Positions 63,138 through 64,000 of a DNA stretch of 64,000 nucleotides are shown here, in pieces; the first letter of the stretch is position 1, and each line of letters opens with the position of its first letter. The notes under the pieces are model-generated. The model did not search any database, was not told the origin of the DNA, and worked only from the letters and a program-made list of their open reading frames with translations. A program made the position numbers and the translations under genes. This DNA is from Mobula birostris. Taxonomy: Eukaryota. The stretch is taken from positions 100,863,731-100,927,730 of the forward strand of contig NC_092378.1 in assembly GCF_030028105.1 (NCBI RefSeq). The letters run 5' to 3'.

Positions 63138-63487
63138 ATAAATCCATAATGGAAACCGATTGATTTAATTCATTCATGCCAGGACTGTGTCATTTTAATG
63201 CACCGTAAACCCTGAATGAGCCAGTTTACTGCCACCCCAGCATTTCAATAGCCCATGTAGATTCTGTAAAAAGGCCTTTTCAGTGTAATATGCTGTCTTG
63301 ATTCTAGTATGTTTAATATACCCTCTGGATTCCCTGGCCAGACCTGAAGGGTCCCATACTCTCAACATTCCATAACAGTAACCTGCCTGTTTAGTACATG
63401 CTCTGGATCAGCTAACAGAGGTCTGTCAGTATATTATACTCTTTCACTTCTGTAATGGGAACTTGTCAACGTAAGACAGTGACTTAC

Positions 63488-63605
63488 CCCAACTCGGATT
63501 ATCCTGCTGGTTACAGTAGTGTGCTCCCTCAGGTAGAGGGTAAGTTTGATGCCCACATCCACAGTTCTGCACCATCTGATCCTGGAAACAGGAACGCAGG
63601 CAGGT
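63488..63605 (-). CDS. SCNN1B: SCNN1B exon 8 (118 nt); gene continues beyond the window
   Basis: ctattcccag|ACC...TGGG|gtaagt; encodes TCLRSCFQDQMVQNCGCGHQTYPLPEGAHYCNQQDNPSW(G). Not in the ORF track; found by manual translation. Confidence 0.96.
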
Positions 63606-63679
63606 CTGGGAATAGAACGGAATAGAAAAGGCGCATTAGAGGCACAGGAACCACTGTGGCCTATTTTTAAAATTTTCTA

Positions 63680-63960
63680 CCCTTGCAACAATGGCGCATA
63701 GTGAGGACTGCTGAGAACACCATCGGGGTCTCTCTCTCAACCCACCCTCCCCATTTCAGGACATATATCAGAGGTGCTGCATATGCCTCCGGTGTTGTCG
63801 AAGTCCCCTTCACACTACCTCTTTGACCTCCCGCTGTCAGACAGAAGTTGCCGCAGCACAAAAACCAGAAATGCCAGGCTGGGGAACAGCTTCTTCCCCC
63901 AGGCTGTTAGACTTTTTAAAACCTCGCCGCAACTCAGCACATACGTCTAAATGCCTAGCT
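63680..63960 (+). mobile_element. Rex1/Babar-like LINE 3' fragment
   Basis: RIVRTAENTIGVSL...aacagcttcttcccccaggctgttagac. Confidence 0.65.
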
Positions 63961-64000
63961 GCCTACCGCCCCCACAAAATCATGGACACTTTCTCATCCT

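Larger units (their letters stand above)
41210..63480. repeat. Highly decayed ~40-bp tandem array filling most non-TE sequence of SCNN1B intron 8
   Basis: Approximate consensus gatggaaccctgtcaatttaatacactctctacaatc(c/t)(g/a)t. 40-nt spacing seen directly at 53297/53337, 55729/55769/55809 and 56033/56073. Clear from ~43400 on, patchy at 41210-42880. Confidence 0.8.

Noticed and set aside
43400-63480. CRISPR-like reading of the recurring gatgg…ctgtcaatttaatacac motif
   Set aside because: Units are contiguous and all degenerate, with no conserved-repeat/unique-spacer alternation, no cas genes, and a vertebrate intron context.

Overview
Vertebrate genomic DNA, most likely a cartilaginous fish (HE1-type V-SINEs, dense CR1 and Penelope-like repeats; probably a batoid, by inference). 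Two host genes converge, as at human 16p12. The last three coding exons of COG7 lie on + (5178-10472). The last six coding exons of the epithelial sodium channel beta subunit SCNN1B lie on - (63605-28870); all have GT-AG sites and join into one open frame. Most of the rest is transposon-derived: nested CR1 LINEs, a Tc1 fossil, a Harbinger fossil, a decayed Gypsy LTR element, Rex1/Babar fragments, V-SINEs, a CORE-SINE and many Penelope-like element (PLE) ends. Highlights: (1) the PLE ends carry minimal type-I hammerhead ribozyme motifs, one fully intact on the SCNN1B sense strand; (2) the 22.7-kb SCNN1B intron 8 is largely built from a heavily decayed ~40-bp tandem array that runs up to the splice donor; (3) beta-ENaC has Pro and Gln flanking the degenerin-site Ser; (4) an isolated perfect 26-bp inverted repeat and a CR1-born 32-bp G-rich minisatellite. 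Exon numbers follow recalled human gene structures. Repeat boundaries are approximate unless a target-site duplication (TSD) is given. No database searches were run.
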